DNA of 64,000 nt from IMG/VR virus record IMGVR_UViG_3300011116_000796, positions 55,655 to 119,654 of that record. One strand, given 5' to 3'. Of this stretch, positions 28,568-38,936 are shown one piece after another. How positions within the stretch are numbered: position 1 is the stretch's first letter; each line of letters begins with the position of its first letter. The DNA is from a virus. A program made the translations under genes and the position numbers. A model generated the notes under the pieces. That model made no database searches, was not told the DNA's origin, and saw nothing but the letters and a program-made list of their open reading frames with translations.

Positions 28568-31500
28568 ATGTCATTTCAGGTAAATCCAAACGACAGTTTT
28601 ACGCCAGACAATATATCAATTAATATTCCACCTTCATCTGGTCAGTCAGAGAGGGATCGTCAAAGATGTTGTGCGGACGCTGTTCAAAAATTACTTGAAA
28701 AACTCAGAAGACTTGAACTCACTAGTCCCATTCCACTTTTGAGTCGAAGAAATGGACTTCCTCCCATTCCGGAGGAATGTTCAAGCAATGCATGCAATGC
28801 GGCTTGCTTGAATTGGTTGGAGATGCTATGGAGATATATTTATAATCAACGTGATGGTAATGGCGATCTTAAAAACAAACAGGCTCTTGATGCTGTTTCA
28901 GAAACCCTATCAAATCGATGTTTCCCGAGGAATTACCCACCATCCCCACCAAAACCAGAGACTCGACCCCTGGTCCTTCCCGATTATAAAACAATAGATC
29001 CATCGCAACCCGATTATAAAATAATAGATCCGTCGCAAATAGGCAGACTTGATTGTTGTAGTCAATCTTTTAATAATCTTCTTGTTAAGTTGAAAGAGTT
29101 GACTGGTAAATCAAATATCCACGATATGGAGACCGAGTGGCTACATGCACCATGTACAGTTCAAGAAGTGGAAAGTGGTTCATGTATTCCGTATTCGAAA
29201 CGATTAGAACTAAAAAGACTTACAGATGGTCTTGATAAGAACTGTCAAAACACAAATCCAACCGGAGATCGAGAAGTCGCTGGCGCTTTAGCATGTCAGA
29301 GTAAGTGCAAAGAATACCTAGAGCAACTTTACAGTTGGTATCTGAATCTACCTGTTGAGCAACAATCCCCAAATCACTCAGAGATTCTGAGATTGATACC
29401 GGAAGCGTATAATAATCCATGTTATAACCGTAGTCCAGTTAATACTGGTGATTTTGTAGATACCGAAGGTTATTGGATTGATGCACCGGTACAGTATCGG
29501 TCTATTACCCCCGATACTTTGCCTGATGGTCTGAGTGTCATTGAGATTATACCAATAAACAATCCCGATTCTATCAGACCAACAAGTGATCGTGTAGTGC
29601 CGTTAGGATGGGAGTTCCGTCCTGAAATTTACGTTCGTGAGCAAGTTGCGAAGTGTTGCGCCGAACTACAAAGAATTAAAGACGCTTACAGAAATCAAAA
29701 CCCGCCTATTCAAGGGCTTCAGGAGTTAGATAGCAACGATTGTGATTTTCTTGATCAGGTTCGGGCTATCGTAAACCGTAATCCAAACGGTTTTGCTGAA
29801 CAACAGTTACAAAGAATGGCGAATAACTGTTTTACATTATGGAAATGGTGGACGGGACAATTACTGGAATCGGGAGATCCAGAATTGCCATCTGCGCCAG
29901 GATTACAGATCAGTCCAATAGTGGACCGATATAATCAATTCCTCAAACAATTGAAAGAATGGTGGAATACTCCCGAGGCGCAAAGAAACCCGAAGTGCCC
30001 AAATGGAGGGGTTGTTCATCCTAGCGACATTGAAAACGGCGTTGTTCCTTACTTGCCTCCTCCCGGTATAAGTATATGTGATTATACTTATTGCTACGCA
30101 TTGAATGGTGCAAGCGCAGAAGACGGTCCTCACGGACCACTTATGCCCATATTCTCACAAGGGTGGTGGCAATGGTGGAATACTAGACAGCGTGATGGTA
30201 AATCTTTGCCTGTACTGAATCCTAAATTCATGAAGAAATTGTTGAAGTCGTATCCACAATTTTTGGGAATTTCTTGCAGGCTGGCTGGAGTTTTGGAATT
30301 CAATCCAGAGCAACCTTGTTCAGTCCCTGCTGACTCAGGACTTAGCCCCACTCCAGGACCAAATAGACTAATTCGACCTGGTTATGGCGGCGATCATGGT
30401 TGTAGTTTCTATCCCCACCTATTCCCATCTGATGGGCAAGATTTGACCAAAAATTGTATGAAGGTGGTTGTGTATTATGGTGGGCAACAAAAGGTCATTT
30501 GTGTGTGTAAGGATGGTAGCCCAAATCCACTAATTCCAGGAGATCCACAACTTTGGAGAGAGTTTGAACCTCCGTTGCCCCCGACACCGGATGATGGACC
30601 AGGATTTACACCAACTTGGGCACCCGAAGGATGTAAGTGTATTGATTTACCATCTCCATTTCCAGGTATTCCAGGAAGTGGTTGCCCTCAACCTCCCGAA
30701 GGGTACAGATCGGCTAGTTTACCACTAGGCAGAGTGCCCCCATTCAGTTTTGTAAATGCAAATTCAACAATTGTTTTAAATTCATTGGCATACATTTCAA
30801 GCAATTTGTGGAAGTCTAGACAGAGCAGAGCAAAAGCATGCGCCGCACTAACCAAGGCAGGAGAATTGTATACTCAATACAACACCCTTTTGCCATCAGG
30901 AATTAAGTCGTGGCCCTTCAATTACTCTGACAAAAAAATTGCCGGAGAATGTGGATTCAATCCTCCTATTAATGGATACGATGGCGTTCCACTGTTCAAT
31001 TATGGTATAGATTGCGTTGGTGGAATTACGGATCCAAGATCACATATCAAAACCGTGATTGATTGGGTCAAGTGCCATAGAGATGCTGCTGCAAATAAAA
31101 AAGGCGTTGGCGGAAATGTGGGTCGATGGAACCATATTCTGAAACAATTTGAAGATCTTTATAATGAGGGTGAGGGCAGTTCATTTATCTATAGAAATGC
31201 AAGTGATGCATCTCTAGTGGAATATTCCTCGCCAGAAGAAGGAGATATTTTCACTGATTCAGTTGCGGGGGTATCCGATGCAGTCACACAAAACTGTCAA
31301 TCTATATTGGAAAGAAGACTGAAAACAATATCGTACAGATTAGCAATCATAAAATGCCTGATACAGAGATGCTTTAATAATTATTATTACAGTGATTGCG
31401 ACAATAATGGTGTCTGCACTACACCAAGAAACTTCAACAGTATGAGTGTAGTGGAAAGGGACAATCTTGAAAGAGAATTATTTGAATGTTTAAATTACTA

Positions 31501-32995
31501 TTCTCAAATGCTGAATTATCTATTGCCTGCTGAAGTGTTCGGTGGTGGAGGTGAGCATCTACGAAGACTTTTCCTGGAACTTCTAGGCAGTTATGTTTAC
31601 CTGCCCTATAACGACCGAACAATATTCAACATACGATTCTATCCTCCTAGTTGTTATCCCGAACGTTTGCCATGCGATGGATCATCAAATTCTATTGAGA
31701 GATTACGGTCGATTTCAGAGTGGCTTGACACAATATTTGGTCAAATTATACCTCAATTCATTAACGGTTTCGCCATGAAAACCCCGTGCTCACTTTATCA
31801 TATTCTAAAATCTGATTCATGGGGTACAAGCAGTTTCAATAATAGGTTTTTGGCAGTGGGTACACAGAGTATACAAGGATGTTTGGATTCGTCTGGGGCT
31901 GAAAATCCATATAATTTACAACCAAATCAAAAAATGCCTCCTGTTCCGGCAGGCTGCATAGAACGCATGAAAGAGTTGTGCGATAATTATCAAAACCATC
32001 CTTCGCATATCAGCAAAATTATACAGTGTGCGCTTGATAAATTAAAAACTCCACAAGGACTAGGATTGCTCTCCGATGAGTTATGCTTTCATAATTTCAT
32101 TGAATGTGATGAGAATGGTAATCCTCGCATGAAGTCTCTTCAAGAAATTCAGGATCACTTGAATAAATTATTCAAGAAATTGTTGGAATCTTGTTGTCGA
32201 AGTATTTCAATACAAGGGCGGCAAGCAGAGGAGGATAGAGGGGTGCAGAACCCTGATTATCAGTTTGGATGCTGTGATTATACATGTACGGAATACTGTT
32301 TAGCATCAGGTTGTGTAGATGACCCTAATACTCCTAGTGTTCAGGAGGATAGAGTTTCTTGCTCTACTATTGTAGAATATTTGATGGGGAATGTGAGTAC
32401 CACCCTACCTAATTGCTTCCCATGTGTAGGTGCCCGCCGCCCCGGACGCAGGATGGTTTCAAATTCCGATTCTCAGGATGGAGGGCTTCCGGATCCAGAC
32501 ACCAGTGGTCCAGGTGGGCCTGTCTTTAGTGATGACGCTATCTGTGGACAACTTATCATATCTACGACAGAAATTGTAGAAAATGGTTTAAGAAGACTAA
32601 GAGGCAATCAATCATCGGGTTTACCTAATGACGCACCTCAGATACCTCCCGTTCCCTCATTCTTTAATTGTAAAGAAGCATTTGAGGCGATTGAACGAAT
32701 TGGGGATAGTTTAGTTTGGTGCCATACCGGAATTCCGGCTTACGAGGCTCGGTGTCGGTTACACAAAGCCGCAATAGCGTGTTACCGAGAAATGCAAAGA
32801 ACAGGTAGTATGTCACTTGAATGCTATCAGAAACTTGAAGAGTATGAGAAATCGATTGAAGATTATAGAGATGGCTTGCTTGATCAAGGGGCACCCCCAG
32901 GGGTGGTGTTGCGGGGTGAAGCACAATATTTGTTGGAAGCAATCAGATATATTTTGGAAAACTGCATTGCGCTTCGAAAACCCATAGATCCGTAA
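28568..32995 (+). CDS. Very large Cys/Pro-rich hypothetical protein inserted between gp14 and gp15
   Basis: Uninterrupted 1475-aa ORF with SD-like GGGG and an ATACATA box upstream; many CC and CxC motifs; internal repeats. Confidence 0.8.
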   Translation: MSFQVNPNDSFTPDNISINIPPSSGQSERDRQRCCADAVQKLLEKLRRLELTSPIPLLSRRNGLPPIPEECSSNACNAACLNWLEMLWRYIYNQRDGNGDLKNKQALDAVSETLSNRCFPRNYPPSPPKPETRPLVLPDYKTIDPSQPDYKIIDPSQIGRLDCCSQSFNNLLVKLKELTGKSNIHDMETEWLHAPCTVQEVESGSCIPYSKRLELKRLTDGLDKNCQNTNPTGDREVAGALACQSKCKEYLEQLYSWYLNLPVEQQSPNHSEILRLIPEAYNNPCYNRSPVNTGDFVDTEGYWIDAPVQYRSITPDTLPDGLSVIEIIPINNPDSIRPTSDRVVPLGWEFRPEIYVREQVAKCCAELQRIKDAYRNQNPPIQGLQELDSNDCDFLDQVRAIVNRNPNGFAEQQLQRMANNCFTLWKWWTGQLLESGDPELPSAPGLQISPIVDRYNQFLKQLKEWWNTPEAQRNPKCPNGGVVHPSDIENGVVPYLPPPGISICDYTYCYALNGASAEDGPHGPLMPIFSQGWWQWWNTRQRDGKSLPVLNPKFMKKLLKSYPQFLGISCRLAGVLEFNPEQPCSVPADSGLSPTPGPNRLIRPGYGGDHGCSFYPHLFPSDGQDLTKNCMKVVVYYGGQQKVICVCKDGSPNPLIPGDPQLWREFEPPLPPTPDDGPGFTPTWAPEGCKCIDLPSPFPGIPGSGCPQPPEGYRSASLPLGRVPPFSFVNANSTIVLNSLAYISSNLWKSRQSRAKACAALTKAGELYTQYNTLLPSGIKSWPFNYSDKKIAGECGFNPPINGYDGVPLFNYGIDCVGGITDPRSHIKTVIDWVKCHRDAAANKKGVGGNVGRWNHILKQFEDLYNEGEGSSFIYRNASDASLVEYSSPEEGDIFTDSVAGVSDAVTQNCQSILERRLKTISYRLAIIKCLIQRCFNNYYYSDCDNNGVCTTPRNFNSMSVVERDNLERELFECLNYYSQMLNYLLPAEVFGGGGEHLRRLFLELLGSYVYLPYNDRTIFNIRFYPPSCYPERLPCDGSSNSIERLRSISEWLDTIFGQIIPQFINGFAMKTPCSLYHILKSDSWGTSSFNNRFLAVGTQSIQGCLDSSGAENPYNLQPNQKMPPVPAGCIERMKELCDNYQNHPSHISKIIQCALDKLKTPQGLGLLSDELCFHNFIECDENGNPRMKSLQEIQDHLNKLFKKLLESCCRSISIQGRQAEEDRGVQNPDYQFGCCDYTCTEYCLASGCVDDPNTPSVQEDRVSCSTIVEYLMGNVSTTLPNCFPCVGARRPGRRMVSNSDSQDGGLPDPDTSGPGGPVFSDDAICGQLIISTTEIVENGLRRLRGNQSSGLPNDAPQIPPVPSFFNCKEAFEAIERIGDSLVWCHTGIPAYEARCRLHKAAIACYREMQRTGSMSLECYQKLEEYEKSIEDYRDGLLDQGAPPGVVLRGEAQYLLEAIRYILENCIALRKPIDP
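28979..29038 (+). repeat. 30-bp tandem duplication (PDYKTIDPSQ/PDYKIIDPSQ)
   Basis: cccgattataaaacaatagatccatcgcaa followed by cccgattataaaataatagatccgtcgcaa (2 mismatches). Confidence 0.95.
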
Positions 32996-33024
32996 CCATA
33001 ATGAATGATATGTGAATTGATGAT

Positions 33025-34071
33025 ATGGAAACCCCCAACATTAAAAATGTCTACTTACAAAATGTTAACATCTTTGGTGTTGGGGGATTTCCTATCAAAC
33101 CGAAAGATTACGTTGATGACTATTTCATTCCTTGGTTGAGGGAGGATTCTTTATGGGAGTCCAATCTCAAAAATTTAATCGATTGCTGCAATGCCAGGCA
33201 AGTAAAATTTTTACTTGGGGATGAGTGCTCTGAAGAGATTGATATACAATTGTCAATCCCAACAGACCACCCTGATTCCGAGGAGTTTCGAATTCTTGGT
33301 GTATCAGGATGTAAGAAACTACAGGAGTATTGGATAAATTGGTTTTCTCCTGTCAATGGCAAGAGTGAACAAGGAACTATTAGATTATGGAATAATTGGA
33401 GACAGTCGATAAATTCTCTTTCAGAATATTGGAAAACCACCCCTTCCGCAAAAATCTGTAAGGACATTGTTCATCCATCATTCATAGAAAGCGGCATGGT
33501 TCCTTACCTTCCTATGAACGGACTTCCGATCTGTGACTATACATGGAAGATAGCAATATGCGGTGGAGATGGTAATACAGATTTACACCCCCCCCACACA
33601 ATTCCCTTTAGCGAAAATTGGTGGATGGCTTACATAAATGCGAGAGTTGTCGGGAAAAAAGTGCCCGCAATAAATCCAGTTTGGTTTAATCGAATGTATC
33701 AAGAGTATGATAGAGGATTCCGAATATCATGTGTGTCTAAAGTATTAAGTGATCTGTCCGTAGATTGGCCTGGTGTGAGTTTCGGAGCGATCCCTGCTGG
33801 AGTAATTACATTCAACTCAAGTTCTCCTTGTACTGGATTGGGCAATTTGAATTCACTACCAACAGATGTCAAAAGGTGGAAAATTGACTCTTCGGACTAT
33901 AAAACTCCTTACATATTCACCGAAAAGCAAAATGTATTTTCGGGAGAGTGTTTAAATTCTGTTATTCCGATTGGATCTTCGATGCAGTCCCGATGTTTCT
34001 GTAAAAGCAAATTACATACTGTGAATGGCATAACAATTCGTGAATATACTCTGACGGAGAATTGTCAATGA
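33025..34071 (+). CDS. Cys-rich protein, paralogue of the central part of the upstream 1475-aa protein
   Basis: IVHPSFIESGMVPYLPMNGLPICDYT aligns with VVHPSDIENGVVPYLPPPGISICDYT; ATGA overlap with gp15. Confidence 0.8.
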   Translation: METPNIKNVYLQNVNIFGVGGFPIKPKDYVDDYFIPWLREDSLWESNLKNLIDCCNARQVKFLLGDECSEEIDIQLSIPTDHPDSEEFRILGVSGCKKLQEYWINWFSPVNGKSEQGTIRLWNNWRQSINSLSEYWKTTPSAKICKDIVHPSFIESGMVPYLPMNGLPICDYTWKIAICGGDGNTDLHPPHTIPFSENWWMAYINARVVGKKVPAINPVWFNRMYQEYDRGFRISCVSKVLSDLSVDWPGVSFGAIPAGVITFNSSSPCTGLGNLNSLPTDVKRWKIDSSDYKTPYIFTEKQNVFSGECLNSVIPIGSSMQSRCFCKSKLHTVNGITIREYTLTENCQ

Positions 34072-34874
34072 CAGATTATTATTATCACAGCACCATCAGA
34101 AAAGTTGTAGTGGCTTTTGCATCTTTGTTTAATGACATATATGTGTCGAGAAAAGGTGCTGATGGTAGTGAGATTGAAAGAATCAAAGTTCCAATCGCAT
34201 ATGGACCCAAGCAAAAGTTTTTGGCTAGACTTGATAGAATAGGTAAGGATTTCGATCAACCAATAAAGATAGAGTCTTATTTACCGAGACTTTGTTTTGA
34301 AATTGGTAACCTTCAATACGATTCCTCTAGAAAGTTAAACAGCATACAGAAAACTGTTGCATATTCTTCAGACAACGATTTATATCGTAGATTGGAGAAG
34401 GTTCCATACAACATGTCTTTGACATTGAGTATCATGACTAAAACGATGGATGACAATCTTCAAATAATGGAGCAAATTCTTCCGATGTTCGGTCCTGAAT
34501 TCACTTTTACAATCAAGGCTGTTGAACCAACAGATGTAGATGTTGACGTTCCTCTCGTATTCTCTTCGTCATCTATGAGTGATGGTGATGATGGGAGTTA
34601 CGGAGATTACTCCACAAGAAAGATTACACTTTCAAATATTCAATTTACTGCAAAGATGTATCTGTATGGTCCTGTCAAGAGACAGAAACTCATTACACAA
34701 ACTGAGGCAACACTTATTGATACTGATTTTGTTGATTCTGGTCTTACTAACCCACCAAAATACGCTGATATTGTTGCCATGCCACAGCCTGATGCTAATC
34801 CTCTAACTTATGATCCGAACGACTTAGGAAAAACGGGTGGAGCATCAGTTGTCATTACGGAAAATACAGGATGA
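34068..34874 (+). CDS. gp15: Tail sheath stabilizer/completion protein gp15
   Basis: YYHSTIRKVVVAF..LFNDI, IKVPIAYGPKQKFLARL, LPR..FE...YD..RKLN, QIMEQILP.F.P. Confidence 0.95.
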   Translation: MTDYYYHSTIRKVVVAFASLFNDIYVSRKGADGSEIERIKVPIAYGPKQKFLARLDRIGKDFDQPIKIESYLPRLCFEIGNLQYDSSRKLNSIQKTVAYSSDNDLYRRLEKVPYNMSLTLSIMTKTMDDNLQIMEQILPMFGPEFTFTIKAVEPTDVDVDVPLVFSSSSMSDGDDGSYGDYSTRKITLSNIQFTAKMYLYGPVKRQKLITQTEATLIDTDFVDSGLTNPPKYADIVAMPQPDANPLTYDPNDLGKTGGASVVITENTG

Positions 34875-35332
34875 TTATGGACTCTAATTCCAATATAGCA
34901 AAAGAACTTGATATCAATATTGATGTGACTGAACCGAAGAAAATTCAACCGGTTAAATCGGAGATTGAATCTAAACCATACAAGACATCTGAAGCAGATG
35001 ATGATTACAACGAGGTCCGCAAGAATTTGAAAGTTGTAATTGAGCAGTCTAATAGTGCAATACAAGGCATTCTAGAACTTGCTGAAGATAGTCAGCAGCC
35101 CCGTGCATATGAAGTGGTTGCACAGTTGATCGGCCAAACTCTTGAGGCAAACACCAAACTGATAGACTTGCACCGCCGTATGAAAGACATCAAAAAGGAA
35201 GATGCACCGTCAAAAGCAGCAAGTGTAACCAACAATAGTATCTTCGTTGGCAGCACGGCAGAGTTGCAAAAAATGATCAAGGCACAGCAGAAGCAGATGA
35301 TCGATGTGAAGCCGATTGAAGAGTCCAAATAA
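34871..35332 (+). CDS. gp16: Terminase small subunit gp16
   Basis: DDY..VR.NL, PRAYEV...LI, NNSIFVGSTAELQKM. Confidence 0.93.
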   Translation: MIMDSNSNIAKELDINIDVTEPKKIQPVKSEIESKPYKTSEADDDYNEVRKNLKVVIEQSNSAIQGILELAEDSQQPRAYEVVAQLIGQTLEANTKLIDLHRRMKDIKKEDAPSKAASVTNNSIFVGSTAELQKMIKAQQKQMIDVKPIEESK

Positions 35333-37002
35333 TGCGTAAAACTGATGACACATATCTTGGCAATCCGCTACTCAAAGGCGGAAACATCAAGATTGAATTC
35401 ACCAAGGATCAGTTGGAGGAGTACATCAAATGCTCCCAAGATCCTGTTTACTTCATGGAAAACCACATGAAGATTGTGACTTTGGATCAGGGTTTAGTGA
35501 CTATTACTCTGTATGACTTTCAGAAAGAAATTGTCAGATCGGTTCATGACAATCGATTTACCATCTGCAAGATTCCCCGTCAGTCGGGAAAGACAACATG
35601 TCTTATTGGTGAGATAGTGCATCAAGTTCTGTTCAATCAGAATTACAAGGTGGCAATTCTTGCAAACAAATTGAAGACGGCCACCGAAATTATGGACAGA
35701 GTCAAGATAGTGTATGAAAACTTGCCTAAGTGGATGCAGCAGGGAGTCATCGAATGGAATAAGACTAGTATCACACTTGAGAACGGATCGAAAGTCATGT
35801 GTTCATCCACATCGTCAAGTGCGGTTCGTGGATCGTCATATAACTTCCTTCTCTTGGATGAATTTGCATTCGTCCCTGATGAAATAGCAGAAGACTTCTT
35901 TGCATCAGTCTATCCCACCATCACAGCAGGACAGACAACAAAGACTGTGATTGTTAGTACTCCGAATGGACTGAACCTGTACTACAAGTTGTGGCAGAAT
36001 GCCAAACAAGGAAGATCAAACTTCAAAGCAGTAGAAGCACATTGGTGGCAGATTCCTGGTCGTGATGAGAAGTTCAAAGCAGAGACAATCAAGAACACAT
36101 CTGAACGGCATTGGGCTTCAGAATACGAGTGCGAGTTCCTCGGTTCACAAGACACACTAATCAAAGCATCGAAACTTGCTTCATTGTCTTTCTCGGAACC
36201 AATACTTAGAACAAGTGATGGTCTTTGCGTGTATGAGTCCCCGAAGGAAGCGCATTTATACTCTATTACAGTAGATACGAGTAGGTCTATAGGCCAAGAC
36301 TATAATGCGTTTGTTGTTACTGATGTCACGCAAGTTCCGTACAAAGTTGTTGCAAAGTACAGAAACAATCAGATACCAAATGCGGTTTATCCGAATGTGA
36401 TCTTTTCTGTCGCAAGCAAATACAACGAAGCCTATGTTCTAGTTGAAATCAATGATGTTGGTCAGCAAATTGCTGATCTTCTTCGGGAAGAGTTAGAGTA
36501 TGAGAATATTCTTGAGGTGGTTGTTAAAGGAAAGAAAGCACAAAAACTAGGAGTTGCCTACGGAGGAATGCGATCTTATTCTGGTCTCAAGATGAGTGTG
36601 CAGACCAAAAAACTAGGTTGTATGGCTCTAAAAGAAATGGTAGAAGGCAACAAATTAATACTCAATGATTTTGATGTTATATCTGAATTGAGTACATTTG
36701 TTTCTAAAGGACAATCCTATGAGGCAAGTTCAGGATATCACGACGATTTAGTGGCATCTCTTGTACTTTTTGGGTGGATGACAACTCAGCCATATTTCCA
36801 AGAACTGACAAATATTGATACAAGAAGACGAATTTATGAGGAAAAGATCAAAAAACTTGAGGAGGATCTTACTCCATTTGGGTTTGTCGGAAACCATGAA
36901 ATAGATGATGCGACTGAATCGATTAGAGAGTTGTCTAGAGAAAGCACGGGACAGCCAATTATAAGATCTGATTGGGGTCTACAATCAGACGAGATTCTAT
37001 GA
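35332..37002 (+). CDS. gp17: Terminase large subunit gp17
   Basis: YLGNPLLK, Walker A PRQSGKTT, Walker B LLDEFAF, VSTPNG, nuclease HDDLV. Confidence 0.97.
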   Translation: MRKTDDTYLGNPLLKGGNIKIEFTKDQLEEYIKCSQDPVYFMENHMKIVTLDQGLVTITLYDFQKEIVRSVHDNRFTICKIPRQSGKTTCLIGEIVHQVLFNQNYKVAILANKLKTATEIMDRVKIVYENLPKWMQQGVIEWNKTSITLENGSKVMCSSTSSSAVRGSSYNFLLLDEFAFVPDEIAEDFFASVYPTITAGQTTKTVIVSTPNGLNLYYKLWQNAKQGRSNFKAVEAHWWQIPGRDEKFKAETIKNTSERHWASEYECEFLGSQDTLIKASKLASLSFSEPILRTSDGLCVYESPKEAHLYSITVDTSRSIGQDYNAFVVTDVTQVPYKVVAKYRNNQIPNAVYPNVIFSVASKYNEAYVLVEINDVGQQIADLLREELEYENILEVVVKGKKAQKLGVAYGGMRSYSGLKMSVQTKKLGCMALKEMVEGNKLILNDFDVISELSTFVSKGQSYEASSGYHDDLVASLVLFGWMTTQPYFQELTNIDTRRRIYEEKIKKLEEDLTPFGFVGNHEIDDATESIRELSRESTGQPIIRSDWGLQSDEIL

Positions 37003-37006
37003 AACA

Positions 37007-37013
37007 CTAAATA
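37007..37013 (+). promoter_or_regulatory. Late promoter before gp18
   Basis: CTAAATA in intergenic gap. Confidence 0.8.
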
Positions 37014-37055
37014 CCCTCGACTAACCAAAGTCTATTAAATTAGGAGACTATTCAG

Positions 37056-38900
37056 ATGGCATTCCAACTTTCTCCAGGTGTAAATGTAACAGAGCGGGAT
37101 CTTACAACGATTGTACCGTCTGTCGCCACTACAAATGCAGCATTTGCTGGCATATTCTCATGGGGTCCAATGAACAAGCGGGTTCTGATTGATAGTGAGA
37201 ATGCCCTTGCAAGAACATTTGGCCTTCCAAATAATCACAATTTTCAATATTGGTTTACTGCGGCAAACTTTTTGCAATATGGAAATAATCTTCAGGTGGT
37301 AAGAACATCAGGAATGACTGCGTTCAATGCCACATCTATTACCGGTGCGGCAGAAGAACTTAGAGTCAATAATGACGATGATGTGAATAATGCATCGTTG
37401 ACTGCACATGGAGTGTTTTTTGCCAAATATCCTGGTGCGTTGGGAAATTCAATTGGAATTCAAATTTGCGGATCTGAAGCATCTGTTTTTGATGAAGATG
37501 GTGGTGATTTGATAGATCCAGGATTTGCTGATTGGGCATATTCCGATGAATTTGATGGTCCTCCGGAAACCAGTGAATATGTTTCCAGTTTAGGGGGGAA
37601 ATCGGATCAATTTCATTTAGTTGTTATTGATACAACTGGAAAGTGGACCGGTGCATCTGGAAGTGTTCTTGAGAGATTTGCAAATCTCTCTCAAGATAAA
37701 GATGGACAGGATTTCAATGGAATATCCTCTTACTATAGAGAAAGAATTAATTCAAGTTCAAGGTACATTGGATGTCCATTGGATAATATCGATAGTGCAA
37801 TTGGAAATACTGCTTTAGTAAACGGAGTCGCAGAAGGCTCAACGACAAATTACAAATATGTTCATGTAAATACTGATCAAGAAGATAAAATGCCATCAGA
37901 TTCTAAATCATTTGGCGTTTTAAAATATGTTCTTCAGGGCGGGAAAGATCCAGTGGTGGATAATACTCCCGAATCATATGTTCAAGTCGCCTTTAGTCTA
38001 ACGGGTGGAGGATATAACGCATTCAAGGATTCTGAGATTGCCGATGTCAATTTAATACTAGGTGGTCCAGAATATTGTCCTCAGAGCGCATCAGATGAAA
38101 AATTGGAAGAGTCATATCAAACAGTCGGTAAGATGCTTAAAGACCTTGTTGATGCTAGGAAGGACTGTGTCGCATTTCTTTCTTGTCCGATCAATAATGC
38201 AAGCATGAGCGAAACGGACAAGTTGAGTATTGCTAAGAAGTATCGTAACGATATCGGTTCTTCGTCTTATGTGGTCATCGATAGTGGTTACAAATATATG
38301 TACGATATCTACAATGATAAGTATCGTTGGGTTCCTTTGAATGGAGACATCGCCGGATTGTGCGCTCGGACAGATTCCACCAATGATCCTTGGTATAGTC
38401 CCGCAGGATTCAATCGGGGTAATATTAAAGGGGTTGTTAAGTTAGCATTTAATCCAACGCAGAGTTTCCGTGATGAATTGTACAAGAACGGAATCAATCC
38501 AGTTGTAACATTCCCCGGTGAAGGAACAGTCCTTTATGGCGATAAAACTGCACAAGCAAAGCCATCTGCATTCGACCGCATCAATGTGCGCCGTTTGTTC
38601 ATCGTCCTTGAAAAGGCAATTGCAACGGCCTCAAAGTATAGCCTTTTCGAATTCAACGATTCATTCACACGGGCACAGTTTGTGTCTCTAGTTGAACCCT
38701 TCCTTCGTGATGTTCAGGCTAGAAGAGGAATCATCGACTTTAAAGTTGTTTGTAACGAAAGAAACAATACACCTGAAGTCATCGACGGCAACCGATTTGT
38801 GGCTGATATTTACATCAAGCCCAACCGCAGCATCAATTTCATCCAACTGAACTTTGTTGCTACAAGAACAGGTGTTTCGTTCAACGAGGTTGGGGCGTAA
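37056..38900 (+). CDS. gp18: Tail sheath protein gp18
   Basis: MAFQLSPGV.V.E.DLT, AKYPGALGN, PWYSPAGFNRG, SAFDRINVRRLF, IKPNRSINFI.LNFVATRTGV.F.EV. Confidence 0.97.
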   Translation: MAFQLSPGVNVTERDLTTIVPSVATTNAAFAGIFSWGPMNKRVLIDSENALARTFGLPNNHNFQYWFTAANFLQYGNNLQVVRTSGMTAFNATSITGAAEELRVNNDDDVNNASLTAHGVFFAKYPGALGNSIGIQICGSEASVFDEDGGDLIDPGFADWAYSDEFDGPPETSEYVSSLGGKSDQFHLVVIDTTGKWTGASGSVLERFANLSQDKDGQDFNGISSYYRERINSSSRYIGCPLDNIDSAIGNTALVNGVAEGSTTNYKYVHVNTDQEDKMPSDSKSFGVLKYVLQGGKDPVVDNTPESYVQVAFSLTGGGYNAFKDSEIADVNLILGGPEYCPQSASDEKLEESYQTVGKMLKDLVDARKDCVAFLSCPINNASMSETDKLSIAKKYRNDIGSSSYVVIDSGYKYMYDIYNDKYRWVPLNGDIAGLCARTDSTNDPWYSPAGFNRGNIKGVVKLAFNPTQSFRDELYKNGINPVVTFPGEGTVLYGDKTAQAKPSAFDRINVRRLFIVLEKAIATASKYSLFEFNDSFTRAQFVSLVEPFLRDVQARRGIIDFKVVCNERNNTPEVIDGNRFVADIYIKPNRSINFIQLNFVATRTGVSFNEVGA

Positions 38901-38936
38901 TTCATCATCTCTACAAATATAAATTAGGAGAAAAAA

